Shown here: positions 15,080 to 16,700 of the stretch, one piece after another | How the letters are laid out: each line of letters starts with the position of its first letter | Numbering within the stretch: position 1 is the first letter of the stretch | From: Nitrospinota bacterium | GTDB lineage: Bacteria > Nitrospinota > Nitrospinia > Nitrospinales > VA-1 | Assembly: GCA_038108555.1 (NCBI GenBank) | Contig: JAYNIA010000053.1 | Location: forward strand, 1 to 16,700 | DNA length: 16,700 nucleotides | Direction: 5' to 3' | The notes under the pieces: generated by a model | The model's input: only the letters and a program-made list of their open reading frames with translations | Database searches by the model: none | What the model was told of the DNA's origin: nothing | Made by a program: the position numbers and the translations under genes

Positions 15080-16081
15080 ATGCGCACTGCCCTTATCTCA
15101 GGTTTTTGGGGTCTATTAGCCTTAATTTGGATTATAGTGGGATCGCTTTATTTTCAAGCCTCCCGACCGATGAGTGCTGATACTCAACCCCAGGTTTTTG
15201 AAGTCAAATCTGGAATGTCACTGAAACGGGTGGCCCAGGAACTTTCCCGCCAAAAACTCATCCGCAGTGCTAGCGCCTTTCAAGCGGTTGCTCTAATACA
15301 AGATAAACAGAAACAAATTATGGTAGGGGAATATCATGTTTCGCCTTCCATGCTGCCTGTGGAAATCCTGGAGCGGATCACATCGGGAAAAACCGTTTTG
15401 CATCCGGTCACCATTCCTGAAGGCTACCGCATTACAGAAATAGCCGACTTACTGGAAGAGCGGGGTCTCGCAAATAAGGATCTTTTCCTGCATCAAACCA
15501 AAAATATGAAGTTATTGGAAGGAGTTCCAACGGATTCACTGGAAGGTTACTTGTTTCCAGAAACCTACCATTTTGGGAAGTTCACCTCAGAAGCAACCAT
15601 TGTAAAAAAAATGGTGGATACGTTTAAACAGCGCGCATTAAAAAAAGAATACCTTAAACGGGCAGCGGAATTGGGGTTTTCCTACCATGAAATTATTACT
15701 CTCGCATCTCTGATCGAAAAAGAAACTGGAAAAGATTCTGAACGCAAACAAATCTCATCGGTTTTTCATAATCGACTGAAAAAAAATATGCGACTGCAAA
15801 CCGACCCGACCGTTATATATGCTATTGCCAATTTTGATGGAAATATTCGCAAAAAGGACCTTAAAATCGACTCTCCTTACAACACCTACCGTTACAAAGG
15901 ACTGCCCCCGGGACCGATTGCCAGCCCGGGATTAAAATCAATTATTGCGGCCCTGTATCCGGTAAATACCTCTAACCTTTATTTTGTTTCCCGACAGGAT
16001 GGCAGCCATCAGTTTTCAACCACCCTCAACGAACACAATCGCGCTGTTCAAAAATACCAGCTTCGCAGAGTTGGCCGTTAA
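15080..16081 (+). CDS. mltG: Endolytic murein transglycosylase (YceG family)
   Basis: N-terminal TM, VTIPEG, LEGYLFPETY, LASLIEKE (catalytic Glu), LQTDPT and SPYNTY..GLPPGPI. Confidence 0.95.
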   Translation: MRTALISGFWGLLALIWIIVGSLYFQASRPMSADTQPQVFEVKSGMSLKRVAQELSRQKLIRSASAFQAVALIQDKQKQIMVGEYHVSPSMLPVEILERITSGKTVLHPVTIPEGYRITEIADLLEERGLANKDLFLHQTKNMKLLEGVPTDSLEGYLFPETYHFGKFTSEATIVKKMVDTFKQRALKKEYLKRAAELGFSYHEIITLASLIEKETGKDSERKQISSVFHNRLKKNMRLQTDPTVIYAIANFDGNIRKKDLKIDSPYNTYRYKGLPPGPIASPGLKSIIAALYPVNTSNLYFVSRQDGSHQFSTTLNEHNRAVQKYQLRRVGR

Positions 16082-16135
16082 TTTCCGTTCCCCTATTCCT
16101 TTCCCTAAACCACAGAAATATCCCTAATTATTTCA

Positions 16136-16184
16136 AACTAAAAGAGTAATTTTAGTTGTTCGTTAAATATTAATTCGGTAAAAT
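16136..16184 (+). promoter_or_regulatory. Candidate operator and sigma70 promoter of the repressor
   Basis: Perfect 8-bp inverted repeat AACTAAAA-N6-TTTTAGTT (16136-16157) overlapping TTGTTC (16156-16161), then a 17-bp spacer and TAAAAT (16179-16184). Confidence 0.4.
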
Positions 16185-16220
16185 ATTTTTTAAAATATCG
16201 TTATATAAATTTTCAAACAA

Positions 16221-16685
16221 ATGACAAATAAATTAAATAAAAGGATAATTTTTGCAAGAAAATCAGGGAAATTAAAGCAAAATGAATTAGCTAAAATATT
16301 AAATGTTTCACTGCCCACAATGAACCACTATGAGAGTGGAAAACGGACTCCAAACTCTGAATTGCTTGCTCAAATTGCAAAAACTTTGGAATGCGATCCT
16401 GGTTGGCTACTCACAGGAGAAGGTGAAGCCAAAAAGAAAGGAATGGAGTCACCTAAAAATTCAGGTTCTTTGGATTCCTTTGTCTTGGTCCCCAGATACA
16501 ATATTGAGGGACCCGGATCTTCCATTCAATCGGAGCAGGTGGTGGACCATCTGGCTTTTAAGGAGGAATGGGTTTGCCAGGAGCTTGGGACAAATCCTAA
16601 AAACCTCCTCCTCATCCATTCCATCGGTGACTCAATGGAGCCCACCCTGGCCTGCCCCATTAAGTTGTATCACTCTTTAAGTTAG
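16221..16685 (+). pseudogene. XRE-HTH + S24 peptidase (CI/LexA-like) repressor, C-terminally truncated
   Basis: HTH LKQNELAKILNVSLPTMNHYESGKRTP...WLLTGEG. The S24 domain runs to IGDSMEPTL (catalytic Ser), then unrelated sequence ACPIKLYHSLS* follows, so the catalytic-Lys half is missing. Confidence 0.75.
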
Positions 16686-16700
16686 TATTTCCACCTTTGG
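16648..16700 (-). mobile_element. Probable right end (terminal inverted repeat) of an IS3-family insertion sequence, continuing beyond the window
   Basis: TGGCCTGCCCCATTAAGTTGTATCAC begins exactly where repressor similarity ends and resembles IS3-family termini (5'-TG..CTG.CCC...AAGTTG). A - strand frame entering from the window edge ends PKVEILT* (stop 16679-16677) just inside this repeat. Confidence 0.6.

Noticed and set aside
16330..16680. Alternative-frame 116-aa ORF over the repressor
   Set aside because: It has no motifs and does not supply the missing S24 half, so a simple frameshift does not explain the truncation.
16082..16700. Prophage left boundary
   Set aside because: No integrase, att site, tRNA or divergent cro gene is visible. 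A lone repressor is insufficient evidence.
1..16700. CRISPR arrays, tRNA/rRNA genes, riboswitches, intrinsic terminators
   Set aside because: No regularly spaced repeats, cloverleaf-like segments or convincing GC hairpin plus U-tract were seen by eye in the short intergenic regions. A covariance-model search would be needed to exclude small RNAs.

Overview
Gene-dense, moderately AT-rich bacterial chromosomal segment. The gene style resembles Nitrospinota or similar lineages, which is an unverified impression. From left to right: (1) a three-gene + strand unit (membrane-anchored hypothetical, atypical DnaJ/J-domain protein, membrane hypothetical); (2) a Zn/Mn-type ABC importer znuA-znuC-znuB whose permease reads in frame, across an A10 run, into a short CDF metal-efflux domain; (3) a - strand pair of a MauG-like (Tyr-ligand) diheme cytochrome c peroxidase and an orphan periplasmic-sensor histidine kinase; (4) a small membrane protein, probably leaderless, and an ICMT-family membrane methyltransferase; (5) a siroheme sulfite/nitrite reductase fused to a HEPN-like helical domain and a TusA domain, followed by yicC, gmk, hisC and mltG; (6) an XRE-HTH/S24 (CI/LexA-like) repressor that appears to be cut by the end of an IS3-family element at the window edge. 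No rRNA, tRNA or CRISPR array was seen. The best candidates for novel systems are the importer-exporter ZnuB-CDF fusion with a possible slippage switch, the reductase-HEPN-TusA fusion with a second 4-Cys motif, and the MauG-like/kinase pair.
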